A stretch of DNA of 55,522 nt from an uncultured Ruficoccus sp. GTDB taxonomy: Bacteria; Verrucomicrobiota; Verrucomicrobiia; Opitutales; Cerasicoccaceae. The position numbers and the translations under genes were made by a program. Positions 13,399-22,981 of this stretch are shown piece after piece; the first letter of the stretch is position 1, and each line of letters begins with the position of its first letter. Where the stretch lies: assembly GCA_965140785.1 (NCBI GenBank), contig OZ223498.1:1-55522 (forward strand). The letters run 5' to 3'. The notes under the pieces were generated by a model. The model did no database searches. It had not been told where the DNA came from and saw only the letters and a program-made list of their open reading frames with translations.

Positions 13399-13649
13399 GG
13401 GTGGGGAGAGTTTTTCAGGTCACCAAGAGCACCAAGGAGACACGAAGTCCACGAAGGGGAGTCGGGAGAGGCTTTTAGGTGTTTCGCTGCGTACACGGTG
13501 TCCTCCGTGTGAGTAAAACGACTCGCTCGCAGGGGCGTGAAGTCAGCCCGTCCGAGCAAGTGGCAAACGTTGCGTTGATTGTGATATTTATCAGGGTGAC
13601 TGTTTAAGAAAAACGAGCACCATCGCTCCCCATCTCAACCGCCCCGCCG

Positions 13650-14789
13650 ATGACTACCCCCGCCCGCCGTCTCCCCCTGCCAACCGATAAACGCCTCTGG
13701 GCCACCCTGGCCCTGCTCGCGGTGCCGCTGATCGCGGAGGCGAATGCCGGGACTCCGCTCATGTGGATGGCGATGGTGCATCTGATGTTTGGAAATGCCC
13801 TCATCGGGTTACTTGAAGGGTTACTGATCGCATTCGTCTTCCAGGCTTCGAAAGGGAGGGCGATATTGCTGATGATTGTGGCCAATTATCTTTCGGCCTG
13901 GCTGGGACTCGTGTTTTTCCTTCCCCATTTGGGCGAATTGGCGCACCCCACGCTTGCGAGCGCCAAGTTGTGGATGGCTATCTTTTTCCTGCTGGCGTAC
14001 CTATTCACGCTCGTTGTTGAACTCCCATTTGTGCTTTTTGCTCTGGGTAAGGGAAAGCGCACTTTCAAACGGGTATTTATGGCCTCTTTGTTGGTTAACT
14101 CGGTCAGTTACGCCCTCCTTATTCTGATCTACGCTTTGCCGAGCGGTACAAGTCTGGTCACCGGTCTTGAACTGGTTTCGGCCAATCAAATGGACGCTCC
14201 TAAGGGCTATCTCGTCTATTACCTGTCTGATGATGACAGGTCTGTCTGTCGCATTGATCTCACTGGTACAAAAGGGGAGCCTGTTACGACGCTAGAAAGT
14301 ATGGAGGAGCCGGACAGCATGACTGGTGTCGAAAGAGAGGATGGTTCGTTGGATATCGTCTTGAATGAGAGGAGAAACACGGACAATGCCGGGCAAGTGG
14401 TTCTTCGGGGCATTGAGGAAGCTTCCGGACCTGAGGGTAAGTCTTCTTCGACTCGTGTGGCTTTTCATCCTTGGTTTGGCTCTGGCGAGGTTGATGATTG
14501 GGAGTATGATTCCGGCTTTTGGCCCATTGAGGGCGTATCCGGTAGAAATGATAAAACGGGGGAGGGATTTCACTATGCTTTCGAGACGCCTTTTTTTCAG
14601 TGGAGCATTCGTAGTGTGACCGTGATCGACGATGGGTTCTTGGTTTTTGGCCTGGAAGGTGCAGGGGGCAACGAGATCTGCCTCCTCGATCCGGCGTCGA
14701 AGAAGATAGCAGTGCTGGCGCCGGGGCGCTTCCCGGTGGTGGCAAGAACTGTTTCCGGGGTTGAACAAGTGGACGATTCCGGACACTAA
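13650..14789 (+). CDS. Hypothetical membrane protein (about 5 TM helices plus beta-rich C-terminal domain), visibly lower GC than neighbours
   Basis: 379-aa ORF, hydrophobic N-half, AT-richer codons after ~13790. Stop lies 14 nt before the next start. Confidence 0.7.
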   Translation: MTTPARRLPLPTDKRLWATLALLAVPLIAEANAGTPLMWMAMVHLMFGNALIGLLEGLLIAFVFQASKGRAILLMIVANYLSAWLGLVFFLPHLGELAHPTLASAKLWMAIFFLLAYLFTLVVELPFVLFALGKGKRTFKRVFMASLLVNSVSYALLILIYALPSGTSLVTGLELVSANQMDAPKGYLVYYLSDDDRSVCRIDLTGTKGEPVTTLESMEEPDSMTGVEREDGSLDIVLNERRNTDNAGQVVLRGIEEASGPEGKSSSTRVAFHPWFGSGEVDDWEYDSGFWPIEGVSGRNDKTGEGFHYAFETPFFQWSIRSVTVIDDGFLVFGLEGAGGNEICLLDPASKKIAVLAPGRFPVVARTVSGVEQVDDSGH

Positions 14790-14803
14790 TAGGTTTTTCG
14801 ACC

Positions 14804-16312
14804 ATGAACCGTTCCCTGCTGTTGGTGATTTGTGACTTCCTGCTGCTGAGCATGCTCGCGCTGGCGAAGTTCGACGAACCCGAGGAGGTGCAGCAGGAGC
14901 AGGTGACCGAGGCCGTCCAGCACGACACGCTGGCCGACCAGGATTTGATCGAGGTCCTGCGTATGTCGCTGGAGAGCGAGCGCGACGACCGCGTCGAGCT
15001 GGCCTCCGACCTGGAGCAGACGAAGAAGGAACTCGACGAGCGCGAAAAGGCCCTGGCCCAGAAGGAGGCCAGCCTCGACAAAACTCAGCAGAACCTGAAC
15101 CAGACCCAGCGGCGGGCGAAGGAGCTGGAGGCCGAGCGGGCCAAGCTCTCTGAGGAGGCCGCCCGGCTCGAAGAGGAGCGGAAACTTTTCGCCCAGCAGT
15201 TCGACGAGGCGCAGGAGCGGCTTAAGCAGGCCGAGGCCGACCGCGTCGAGTTGGCCAAGAACCTCGGTTCGCTCAAGGAGGACTCCGCCTCCTCCAAGGA
15301 AAAGCTCCGCCACCTTCAGCAGCAGGTCCAGCAGCAGGAAGAGGCCCTCGCCGCCGCCCAGGCCGAGAAGGACCGCTTGGCTGAGCAGGCTCAGGCCGCC
15401 GAGTCCGCCCGCCAGCAGCTTTCCACCCGGCTGGAGGTCGCCCAGGCCCAGTCGCAGGTCTTGCAGGAGTCGCTGGAGACGGCCCGCGCGGACGTGGCGG
15501 TGACCCGGCAGGAGAAGGACGTCGTGATGAAGCACGCCGACAAGCTGGCCGAGGGCGTGAGCGTGCTGGCCGAGTCCACCGACCGCATCAGCCAGGAGGT
15601 TAAAAAGAGCAACCCCCTCTCGCTCAACACGATCTACCAGGACTTTTTAAAGAACCGCGTCACCGTGCGTTTCTCGACCGAGGAGAACGCCCTCATCGGC
15701 ACCTCGAAGGAGAATTACACGGTGGAGACGGCCCTGATCGCGGACGGCGAACGGGCCTACGCGGTGCTGCACCTCGACGACACGCCCTTCAAACTCAGCA
15801 GTGCCGGACGCGGGCTGCTTAGCGCCGAGGGCCGGATCATGATCGGCGGCAAGGCCTACCGCTTCAAGCGGCTCTACTTCCTCGCCTCCGATCCGCGGCT
15901 GGCCGCCGTCCCCCTGCCCGCCAGCGTGGCCGAGCAGAACGGTATCAAAACCTTTACGCTGGCGGACGAGCCGTTGCGCTTCCCCGAGGCCGTGCTGATC
16001 GACAGCGGCAACGGCGGCTACGGCGAGGTGCCCTTCAAGCTCGACCCGCAGGACCAGCACTACCTGGCCATGCAGACGGATCTCTTTAACCGCATTTTCG
16101 GGGACTTCTCACCCGGCACCGGCGATGTGGTCTTCTCCAAGACCGGCGACTGGGTCGGGCTCATGGTCAGCTCCGACACCGCGCCCTTGATCGAGAACCT
16201 CTCCGTCAACGGCAGCGTTGACCTGGGTGAGGCATTCAACGCCGAGACCACCCGGCGCACCCTCTCCGCCCGGGCCTCCGCTCTGGCGCGACTCCCCTCC
16301 AGCGTGCGGTAG
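14804..16312 (+). CDS. Single-pass protein with MotB/ExbD-like Asp-containing TM helix, long coiled coil and beta-rich C-terminal domain
   Basis: MNRSLLLVICDFLLLSMLALAKF (Asp11, codon 14834-14836). E/Q/K/A-rich heptad region over about aa 45-270. Confidence 0.65.
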   Translation: MNRSLLLVICDFLLLSMLALAKFDEPEEVQQEQVTEAVQHDTLADQDLIEVLRMSLESERDDRVELASDLEQTKKELDEREKALAQKEASLDKTQQNLNQTQRRAKELEAERAKLSEEAARLEEERKLFAQQFDEAQERLKQAEADRVELAKNLGSLKEDSASSKEKLRHLQQQVQQQEEALAAAQAEKDRLAEQAQAAESARQQLSTRLEVAQAQSQVLQESLETARADVAVTRQEKDVVMKHADKLAEGVSVLAESTDRISQEVKKSNPLSLNTIYQDFLKNRVTVRFSTEENALIGTSKENYTVETALIADGERAYAVLHLDDTPFKLSSAGRGLLSAEGRIMIGGKAYRFKRLYFLASDPRLAAVPLPASVAEQNGIKTFTLADEPLRFPEAVLIDSGNGGYGEVPFKLDPQDQHYLAMQTDLFNRIFGDFSPGTGDVVFSKTGDWVGLMVSSDTAPLIENLSVNGSVDLGEAFNAETTRRTLSARASALARLPSSVR

Positions 16313-16362
16313 GGGAGTATAAATTCAGCTACAGCCGCGGATGAAACGCGGACAATGGTTTG

Positions 16363-16434
16363 TAACAGGAAGATCGGAAAGAACGGGAGAGTCCTTTCGG
16401 AGCTTTCTTTTCGTTCTTTCCGACCTTCCTGTTA
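16363..16434. repeat. Long inverted repeat between convergent genes (REP-like or bidirectional terminator)
   Basis: TAACAGGAAGATCGGAAAGAACG ... CGTTCTTTCCGACCTTCCTGTTA, one mismatch. Confidence 0.75.
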
Positions 16435-16461
16435 AAAGAATCCCCTTTTAGTCAGTGCGCC

Positions 16462-17433
16462 TCACTCGCTCTGGCTGTCGCCGGTGAAGGAGGTTGCGGT
16501 GCCGGGGAAGCCGGGGTCGCCGGGGGTAGAGTTGCCGGTGCCGACCTGCTCGGTCGGGAGGCCGGGCAAGAGGTTCTCCTCCGGCACGACGCCGCCCTGC
16601 ACGTGAGCGGGGCCGCGGTTGAGGGGAGCACCTTCGATGGTCGAGGGCTGGTTGCCCTGGCCGCCGAGGATGATGGTTTTGACCGGGATCAGGCTCTTGC
16701 TCATGGCGGGGACGGGGGTAGGCGGCAGGTCCGGCTGGCGGTCGCCGTCGCGGTCGGGCAGGAGAGCGCCCTGACCGGCGGATTGGTACGCGTTCACCAC
16801 GGCCTGAAGCCCTTGGCTGTCCGTGCTCAGGGTCAGGCGGACGGAGGCGGGGGCGGGGTTGAACTGGTAGAGGGCGTTTTGCCCGACCATCACCGGCGGG
16901 GTGTCCTGCTCGAAGCGGATAACGAGCCAGCGCCCGGCGGAGAGGTCTTCGGCCAGCAGGCTGGTCACGTCGATCACCTTGAGGCCGGGCTCGGCGGCGG
17001 CTTCGAGGGCTTGACCGACGCTGTGGAGGGCGGCGGCCTGAAACTGCCGCGCGCGGCTCGTCTCCGAGTCCTTGTCGTCCGTGACGCCGATGTACTCCAC
17101 CCGCAGCGGGTAGGGGGAGCCGATGACCTTTTGGAGGATGAAACTCAAAAACACCCGGTCGTTCCCGGCCTGAGCCAGCTGGCCGCGCAGGCCCGCCTGC
17201 TCCAGGTCGAAATAGGCCACGCCCTTGAGCGGAACGTTGGCCGGAGCTTCTTCGGCGGCGGGGATGAAGCGGTTGCCGGCGGTGAAGGCGGAGGCATCCG
17301 CTGAGCCGTAGCGTTCGGGGGCGGCGACCTGGCCTTGCAGGGTGCAGAGCTGGGCGGCGGCGGGTGCGGAGTCGGCCCACAGCGGCAGGCAGGCCAGTGT
17401 GAGCAGGGCGAAAAACGGACGGGTGAGAGGCAT
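16462..17433 (-). CDS. Secreted hypothetical protein with Pro/Gly-rich C-terminus
   Basis: Signal peptide MPLTRPFFALLTLACLPLWA; GC-biased codon usage. Confidence 0.7.
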   Translation of the reverse strand: MPLTRPFFALLTLACLPLWADSAPAAAQLCTLQGQVAAPERYGSADASAFTAGNRFIPAAEEAPANVPLKGVAYFDLEQAGLRGQLAQAGNDRVFLSFILQKVIGSPYPLRVEYIGVTDDKDSETSRARQFQAAALHSVGQALEAAAEPGLKVIDVTSLLAEDLSAGRWLVIRFEQDTPPVMVGQNALYQFNPAPASVRLTLSTDSQGLQAVVNAYQSAGQGALLPDRDGDRQPDLPPTPVPAMSKSLIPVKTIILGGQGNQPSTIEGAPLNRGPAHVQGGVVPEENLLPGLPTEQVGTGNSTPGDPGFPGTATSFTGDSQSE

Positions 17434-17592
17434 GAGAGGAGCGGAAGTTACCTCTATCCTTAGCACATCCGGTGCCCGGCGACAATTCCCATATGCTAGC
17501 TCTGCTAGCCCTCCTGCGCTGATCTTTGCTCCCCCCCCGGGGGGCGGGCGGGCGCCATAGGTCCGATGAGAAAGGGAAAGAAAACGGCCTCC

Positions 17593-18795
17593 TCAGAGCT
17601 GATAAGTCAGCATTTCGTCGCCGTGTAAGATCGTCAGGTGGTTGCCCTGGTCGGGGCGTTCGCTTTTTTCGGTGCGGCCCACGACGGCGGCCTCCACACC
17701 GAAGCTCTTGATCGTCTCCAGCAGGGTGTCCACGTCCTCGGGCGGGCAGTAAACCTCCAGCCGGTGGCCCATGTTGAAGACCTGGTACATCTCCTTCCAG
17801 GGGGTCTGGCTGGCGTGCTGGATGGCTTTGAAAACGGGCGGGATGGGCAGCAGCTCGTTTTTGATGAAGTGGACGTTGTTGCCGAAACGCAGGCACTTGC
17901 CCTGGCCGCCGCCGGAGCAGTGGACCAGTCCGCGCACGCTCTCGCGGTGCTCGGATAGAAGCTTGGCCACGATGGGGGCGTAGGTGCGGGTCGGGCTGAG
18001 GATGGCTTCGCCCACGGTCATGCCGTTGCCGTCGGGGAGCTTGTCCTCCAGCTTGTAAGGGCCGCAGTAAACGAGGTCCTTCGGGGTGGCCTTGTCGTAG
18101 GTCTCCGGGTACTTGTCGCGGTAGTAGCTGGAGAGCAGTTCGTGGCGGGCGCTGGTCAGGCCGTTGCTGCCGATGCCGCTGTTTTCAAAGGATTCGTAGC
18201 TGGCCTGTCCGGCGGAGCTGATGCCGATGATGGCCAGTCCGGGGACGATCTTCTCGCTGGTGATGACCTGGTCGCGGTCCATCACGGCCACGGCGCAGGA
18301 GTCCACCGTGACGGTATCGGTGCAGTCGCCCACGTCGGCGGTTTCGCCGCCGCCGGAGACGATGTTGACGCCGTGCTCGCGCAGGGTGGCGAGAAACTCT
18401 TCGGTTCCGTTGATCAGCTCGGCCAGCGCGTTACCGGGGAAGGCGCGGGCGTTGCGGTTGACGGTGCTGTTGATGAGGATGGGGCCGGTGGCGCCGACGC
18501 AGAGCAGGTCGTCGATATTCATGACGATGCTGTCCTGGGCGATGCCGCGGAAGATGCTCGCGTCCCCGGTCTCGCGGAAGTGCAGGTAGGCGATGAGCGA
18601 CTTCGTGCCCGAGCCGTCGGCGTGGATGAGGTTGCACTTGGCTGGGTCGCCGGTGAGCACGTCGGGGACGATCTTGCAGAAGGCCCCCGGGAAGAGCCCC
18701 TGGTCGAGCTTGTCCACGGCGGCGTGGACCTCGCCCTTGGTGGCGGAAACGCCGCGGGCGGCGTAACGGCCGGAATCTGATTGTTGGTTAGCCAC
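17593..18795 (-). CDS. purM: Phosphoribosylformylglycinamidine cyclo-ligase (AIR synthase, long PurM-like type)
   Basis: [53 protein letters not shown]. Confidence 0.85.
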   Translation of the reverse strand: MANQQSDSGRYAARGVSATKGEVHAAVDKLDQGLFPGAFCKIVPDVLTGDPAKCNLIHADGSGTKSLIAYLHFRETGDASIFRGIAQDSIVMNIDDLLCVGATGPILINSTVNRNARAFPGNALAELINGTEEFLATLREHGVNIVSGGGETADVGDCTDTVTVDSCAVAVMDRDQVITSEKIVPGLAIIGISSAGQASYESFENSGIGSNGLTSARHELLSSYYRDKYPETYDKATPKDLVYCGPYKLEDKLPDGNGMTVGEAILSPTRTYAPIVAKLLSEHRESVRGLVHCSGGGQGKCLRFGNNVHFIKNELLPIPPVFKAIQHASQTPWKEMYQVFNMGHRLEVYCPPEDVDTLLETIKSFGVEAAVVGRTEKSERPDQGNHLTILHGDEMLTYQL

Positions 18796-18867
18796 GGTAT
18801 GGGAAAAGGGTATTCAAATCGGGCGGCGCGTCAGGCCGTTTTTTCAGAAAAATGGAGCTTGTGGTGG

Positions 18868-19467
18868 TCAGAGACGTTTCTCGATCTCGGCGCGCAGCTC
18901 GGCGTGCTCGCGGGTGACGGGGAAGGCCGGGTACTCGGCTGCGAAGGCGTCCGAGGGGCGGAAAAGGATGCCCGCGTCGGCGCTCTGGAGCATGCTGAGG
19001 TCGTTGTAGGAGTCGCCCGAGGCGATGGTCTCGAAGTTGAGCGAGCGGAAGGCCTCGATGGCTTTGCGCTTCTGGTCGTCCTGGCGCAGGGCGTAGCCGG
19101 TGATGCGGCCCTCCGCGTCCACCACCAGCTCGTGGCAGAACAGGGTGGGGAAGTCCAACTGGCGCATGAGCGGAGTGGCGAATTGCTGAAAAGTATCCGA
19201 GAGGATGATAACCTGGGTGACGCTCTTGAGCCAGTCGATGAACTCCTTGGCTCCGGGCAGGGGCGAGAGGGTGCCGATGACCTCCTGAATGAAGGGCAGG
19301 CGGATATCGTGCTCGGCCAGAAGCCCCAGTCGGTAGTTCATGAGCACGTCATAGTCGGGCTCGTCGCGGGTGGTGCGCCGCAAGCCCTCGACCCCGGTTT
19401 TCTCCGCGACCGCCATCCAGATTTCCGGGATCAAGACCCCCTCAAGGTCGAGACAGACCAATTTCAT
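18868..19467 (-). CDS. thrH: Bifunctional phosphoserine phosphatase / homoserine phosphotransferase
   Basis: CLDLEGVLIPEIW, TTRDEPDYDVLM, ILSDTF, GDSYND. Confidence 0.93.
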   Translation of the reverse strand: MKLVCLDLEGVLIPEIWMAVAEKTGVEGLRRTTRDEPDYDVLMNYRLGLLAEHDIRLPFIQEVIGTLSPLPGAKEFIDWLKSVTQVIILSDTFQQFATPLMRQLDFPTLFCHELVVDAEGRITGYALRQDDQKRKAIEAFRSLNFETIASGDSYNDLSMLQSADAGILFRPSDAFAAEYPAFPVTREHAELRAEIEKRL

Positions 19468-19737
19468 AGCCGCGGATGCTCCCGGCCCGGCCCCGTCCAG
19501 TCAAGGCTTTAGGCGCTGGGCGTGAATTATCTCGTCCCACCCAGCGAGTCGATCAGCGAGCGGGGGGCGGTCTTTGCCGGGCCGGTGTCCCCGTTCGCTT
19601 GGCCGCTGGCAGGATTAAGAGGGGCCGCAAAAAGGCACGAAAAGGCACAAAAGGAGAGCGTCTAGGCGGATGGGGGCTGTCTTGGAGTTCACGGCTTTGG
19701 CTCGGAGGGAGTGGGCTGAAGTTTGCGAATGCCGCGC

Positions 19738-20409
19738 TCAAGGACCGCGTCGTGTCCACAGCCGCGCGGCGAAGTGGTGCCCGAAGACCTCCTCGCGCTC
19801 CAGCTCCAGCCCGGCCTCCCGCATGAGGGCGCGGTGGTCGCTCAGCTTCCGGGCCGGGAAGTCGCACAGCGCCCCGAGAAAGCGGTAGCTCATGGCGAGC
19901 ATGAGCCGGTTGCGCAGGCGAATCAGCCGGGTGGGGCCGTCGGGCAGAAATTCCGTGTCCTGCCACAGCCCGCCGGGGGCGAGCGCGTTCAGGCCGGTTT
20001 GCAGGATGCGGGCCTGGTCCGGCGGCTCGAACAGGTCGAAGAGGTAGTGCGTGACCACCGTGTCGAAGGCTCCCTCCGGCAAGTCCGCCGTGAGGACGGA
20101 CTCCTGCCGCCAGGTCACGCGGGCGCGCTCATCCGGGTGGAGCGCGGCGCGGGCTTGGGCGATCATGCGTGGGCTGATCTCGACCACCGTGGCCGTACAG
20201 GCCGGGTTGGCCGCGAGCAGCGCCCGCAGGAAGCGCCCGTTACCCTCGCCGAGCAGGAGCAGGTGGCGCCGGGTGGAGAGCTCACCGAGGCAGGCCAGCC
20301 GCCCGCGCTCCAGGCGTTTGCCGTAGGCGATCCATTCCAGGCCGGGGTAGGCCCGGGCCACCCGGTCGAAGCCGGGTCGGCGGCCGGAAGCGGGGGTCGG
20401 GTGTTCCAT
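19738..20409 (-). CDS. Class I SAM-dependent methyltransferase
   Basis: LLLGEGNGRFL, VVEISPRM, FDTVVTHYLFD. Confidence 0.85.
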   Translation of the reverse strand: MEHPTPASGRRPGFDRVARAYPGLEWIAYGKRLERGRLACLGELSTRRHLLLLGEGNGRFLRALLAANPACTATVVEISPRMIAQARAALHPDERARVTWRQESVLTADLPEGAFDTVVTHYLFDLFEPPDQARILQTGLNALAPGGLWQDTEFLPDGPTRLIRLRNRLMLAMSYRFLGALCDFPARKLSDHRALMREAGLELEREEVFGHHFAARLWTRRGP

Positions 20410-20440
20410 GGCGGCTGCGGCAATTTTGATTAAAATGTTC

Positions 20441-21259
20441 TTAAACCAGCAGGCACAGGCCGGGCAGCAGCAGGAGGGCGTCGGCCAGGACGCGGAACAG
20501 CTCCGGCGAGAGGCGCCCGGCGCTCATACCCAGCACGAACAGCCCCGCCGCGCAGACACTGACCATCAGGTATTGCAGGGAGTGCCCGAGGCCCATCAAC
20601 AGCCCCAGCGCCGCCGCCAGGACCAGCCCGCGGAAGGCCCAGGCGCGGCTGCGCGGGTACTGGCGGGCCAGCGAGGTGCGGTTCATCCGGCGGTCGATAT
20701 CGAGTTCGCGGAAGGCGATGAGCGAGCAGTTGGCGAAGGCGAGCAGGAAAAGCGTGATCAGCCCGGCCAGACGCAGGGGGAAATGGCCCCAATTGAGCGG
20801 GAAAATCGCCGTCCCGGCCGCGAAAATGACCGCGACGAGGACTTCTTTCGGAATGCGGTAGTGACGGTGGACGGCCAGGGTGTAGGCGATACAAAGCGCC
20901 AGCAGAACGCCGCCGCTGGCGAGCTGGGCCAGACTCAGCCCGGTCAGGGACAGGACGATGTCCGCCACCAGCACGACCAGCCAGAGGACGATCAGTTCCT
21001 TTTCCCAGCGGCGGGCGAAGCGGTGGCGGTCGGTCACAATGCGCTCCGGGGGCAGTTCCCGCACGTCCAGCCAGCGGTCCCCCGTGTAGGTCAGCCAGAC
21101 CGAGAGCGCGAGCACGGCGCTGGCGGCTAATCCGGGGTGCCCCAGCCACTGCTGCCAGAGCACGGCGATCAGGACCGCGTCCACGGCGAGGATGTTTGGC
21201 CATTGCCACCAGCGCGGGCGTGGTCCGGTTTCGGGCCCGCTGTGCCTTATACCAGCCAT
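20441..21259 (-). CDS. Integral membrane protein, UbiA prenyltransferase-like
   Basis: About 8 TM helices; YTGDRWLD and ELDID acidic motifs resemble the two UbiA Asp-rich motifs. Confidence 0.5.
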   Translation of the reverse strand: MAGIRHSGPETGPRPRWWQWPNILAVDAVLIAVLWQQWLGHPGLAASAVLALSVWLTYTGDRWLDVRELPPERIVTDRHRFARRWEKELIVLWLVVLVADIVLSLTGLSLAQLASGGVLLALCIAYTLAVHRHYRIPKEVLVAVIFAAGTAIFPLNWGHFPLRLAGLITLFLLAFANCSLIAFRELDIDRRMNRTSLARQYPRSRAWAFRGLVLAAALGLLMGLGHSLQYLMVSVCAAGLFVLGMSAGRLSPELFRVLADALLLLPGLCLLV

Positions 21260-21531
21260 AAGATCGTCAGCATGGGCGAATCCCGCCTCTGATCCAAGCG
21301 TTGTTTTTGACAGGGAAGGGGTAATGTCACGCCAGTAAGCCCGGTTTCGCTTATCTTCGGACGGTAAGGGTGGAGGCTTGGCGGTCAGGGCCGATGAAAG
21401 CTGGACTTATGTGTGACATGCCTGTTAATTTTTTGTTGCTGGACCGGTTGATCTTTTTGAGGTCCTGGCCCATTAATAGTAGAAGATTTCCACTCCAAAT
21501 AACAGCAACAACCTAATCTGAATAAGTCTCC

Positions 21532-21867
21532 ATGAAAGTAAAAGCGTACCTGAAACCCCATTGCGGATGGAGCAATGGCGTCCGAGCAATTTTTAGCAAA
21601 TACGGCATCGACTACGAGGATATCGACATCATCAATTTCCCCGAGAACTACGCCGAAATGGTGGAGAAATCAGGTCAAACCCTCTCTCCCTGCGTCGAGA
21701 TCGAAGGGGTCATGCTGGCCGACGTCAGCGGCGAGGAAGTGGAAAACTACATGCTCAGCAACCAACTTGTGCAACGCAGCGACAAGGTCGTGGAGGTCCC
21801 GATCGACGCCCCCTGCACCGACGAAGAGCACGAACGCATGGCTTCTAAGACCATCCGCTTCTTCTAA
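21532..21867 (+). CDS. Glutaredoxin-family protein
   Basis: KPHCGWS active-site-like motif; SGQTLSPCVEI cis-Pro loop. Confidence 0.8.
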   Translation: MKVKAYLKPHCGWSNGVRAIFSKYGIDYEDIDIINFPENYAEMVEKSGQTLSPCVEIEGVMLADVSGEEVENYMLSNQLVQRSDKVVEVPIDAPCTDEEHERMASKTIRFF

Positions 21868-21890
21868 GCATTTCCGTCACCCTGACGCAG

Positions 21891-21922
21891 AAAAAACCGC
21901 CTGTTTTTCGGGCGGTTTTTTT
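21891..21922. terminator. Bidirectional intrinsic terminator
   Basis: AAAAAACCGCC-TGTTTTTCG-GGCGGTTTTTTT between convergent genes. Confidence 0.85.
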
Positions 21923-22036
21923 GTGGGCAAGACACCCGCCACTCCAACGCAACAAGGTCCCGGCAAACGGAGGCAGGCGTTCTTTTCGCTCTTACCGCCC
22001 TACCTGTTAAATCTCTCTACTCAGAAAGCCCTTGCC

Positions 22037-22852
22037 CTAAAAGCGCGGCACGGCTTCGAGGAGCTTTTTCGTGTAGTCGGACTGCGGGGCGGCGTAGATC
22101 TCCTCCGCGCTGGCCTGCTCGACGATTTTGCCCCCCGTCATGACGAGGACATCGTCGCTGATGTGCTCCACCACCGCCAAGTCGTGCGCGATAAACAGAT
22201 ACGTCAGCCCCAGTTCCTCCTGCAGGTCCTGCAACAGGTTAATGATCTGAGCCTGGATGGAGACGTCGAGCGCGCTCACCGGCTCGTCGCAGATGATGAA
22301 CTCCGGCTCCACGGCCAGGGCGCGGGCGATGCCGATGCGCTGCCGCTGCCCCCCGGAGAACTCGTGCGGGTAGCGGTCCATCTGGTCGGCGGTCAGGCCG
22401 ACGCGCTCCAGCAACTGCGCCACGCGGGCGCGGCGGTCGTATTTCGAGAGCTGGGGGAAATGAATGTCGAGCGGCTCGGCCACGATCTGAAAGATCGTCA
22501 TGCGCGGGTTGAGCGAGTTGAACGGGTCCTGAAAGACCATCTGCATGCGCTTGCGCACGCCGAAAAACTCACTCTCGGACAGCTCCGTTAGCTCTACGCC
22601 GTCGAAGCGGATCGAGCCCGCTGTGACCGGGGCGAGCCGGATGAGCGAACGCCCGATGGTGGTCTTGCCGCTGCCGGATTCGCCCACGAGGCCGGTCGTC
22701 TTGCCCTTGCGGCAGGTGAACGACACCCCGTCCACCGCCCGCACATGGTCCGTCACGCGGCGCATGAGTCCGCTGTGAACCGGGTAGTGCACTTTTAAGT
22801 CGGTCACTTCGAGGAGGGAATCGATGGCAGGCGGCTTGGTTTCAGCGTTCAC
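22037..22852 (-). CDS. oppF: Oligopeptide-type ABC transporter ATP-binding protein (OppF-like)
   Basis: [39 protein letters not shown]. Confidence 0.9.
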   Translation of the reverse strand: MNAETKPPAIDSLLEVTDLKVHYPVHSGLMRRVTDHVRAVDGVSFTCRKGKTTGLVGESGSGKTTIGRSLIRLAPVTAGSIRFDGVELTELSESEFFGVRKRMQMVFQDPFNSLNPRMTIFQIVAEPLDIHFPQLSKYDRRARVAQLLERVGLTADQMDRYPHEFSGGQRQRIGIARALAVEPEFIICDEPVSALDVSIQAQIINLLQDLQEELGLTYLFIAHDLAVVEHISDDVLVMTGGKIVEQASAEEIYAAPQSDYTKKLLEAVPRF

Positions 22853-22981
22853 AGGCGAAAAGTTTGAGAGTTTGAAAGTTTCAGGTTTGAGAGTTCAAGA
22901 ACGGAGGGATGGGTAGATTTCCTTGGATATGATCTTTGTGCTCTTCGTGTCTTCTTTGTGTCCTTTGTGCCCCATTAACCC

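Noticed and set aside
11728..16312. Calling the motor pair Zorya (zorAB), flagellar motAB or exbBD
   Set aside because: No ZorA-type cytoplasmic tail, no OmpA-like domain, and no zorC/D/E, tonB/tolA or flagellar genes nearby. Only the membrane core motifs match.
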